This document shows positions 63,483-64,000 of a stretch of 64,000 bases of DNA, in pieces (the stretch's first letter is position 1; each line of letters opens with the position of its first letter). Source of the DNA: Octopus sinensis (Eukaryota). The notes beneath the pieces are model-generated. The model did not search any database. It was not told the origin of the DNA and saw nothing but the letters and a program-made list of their open reading frames with translations. The stretch covers positions 62,001 through 126,000 of the forward strand of contig NW_021831752.1 of assembly GCF_006345805.1 (NCBI RefSeq), written 5' to 3'. The position numbers and the translations under genes were made by a program.

Positions 63483-63995
63483 TGCCCGCGGAACGCGGCT
63501 CTTAACGACCTTATCAGGAGAGCTCTGGAAGTCGCCGGACTCCCTCCCTGCTTGAACCCACTGTTATCGATCGGGGGGACGGAAAAAGGCCTGAAAGGAT
63601 TACTGTGTTTCCCTACAACAGGGAAAAGCCTCTTACCTGGGATGCCTCGTGTGTGTACTCTCTCTCGCCTCAGAACCTGCTGATGTCCGCATCCGCTCCT
63701 GGATCTATTGTCACAACCGCGGTATGCAAAAAGATGCGGAAGTACTCCTCACTTATAGAAAAGTTCCAATTTCTCCCATTCGTAGTTGAGACTTCCGGTT
63801 CCTTGGGCGGTAAGGCAATCAGCTTCGTTCAGGAGATCGGGTCCCGGATGTCTGCTCGCACAGGTGACGCCCGCGAATCAAGATGGTTTTTCGAGCGGAT
63901 ATCCCTCGCGATAGTACGCTCTAATTCTTTCTCGATCGCGTCGGCTTCCCGTCTTTGAAGTTTAGTTTCGGATTACTTTTTTTATGTACAAAATA
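63483..63995 (+). mobile_element. CRE/NeSL-like RLE retrotransposon 3' fragment
   Basis: RNAALNDLIRRAL, DRGDGKRPE, WDASC, FLPFVVETSGSLG, ERISLAIVRSNS. Confidence 0.9.
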
Positions 63996-64000
63996 AAGAA

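Overview
Eukaryotic (animal) nuclear DNA, AT-rich, standard genetic code. Nearly every gene is split by miniature GT-AG introns of about 23-34 nt (mostly 24-27), which is why the six-frame ORF track looks shredded. Hand translation across these introns gives TRIM37 (a full-length copy plus a truncated tandem copy), a PTB-like repeat protein, FAM187A-like, an unknown coiled-coil protein, BAG3-like, CFAP97D2-like, a divergent cyclin, FAN1, afadin, NEK10, a GluN3-like NMDA-receptor subunit, GatB, SAC1, ALG5, BAZ1A/ACF1, a single-pass membrane protein, MAD1 and an SLC6 transporter. Tightly packed gene islands (about 27-37.6 kb and 39.6-50.8 kb) alternate with transposon zones: a Helitron carrying a ~95-bp satellite, two hAT elements with perfect 8-bp TSDs, two IR/DR Tc1 elements, Tigger/pogo remnants, a LINE and six 3' fragments of CRE/NeSL-like RLE retrotransposons. 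Intron size plus motile-cilia genes point to a dicyemid-like reduced parasite (inference only). All gene names come from recalled motif similarity; no database search was run. I found no prokaryotic-type system (CRISPR, defence or toxin operon) and no RNA gene I can support.
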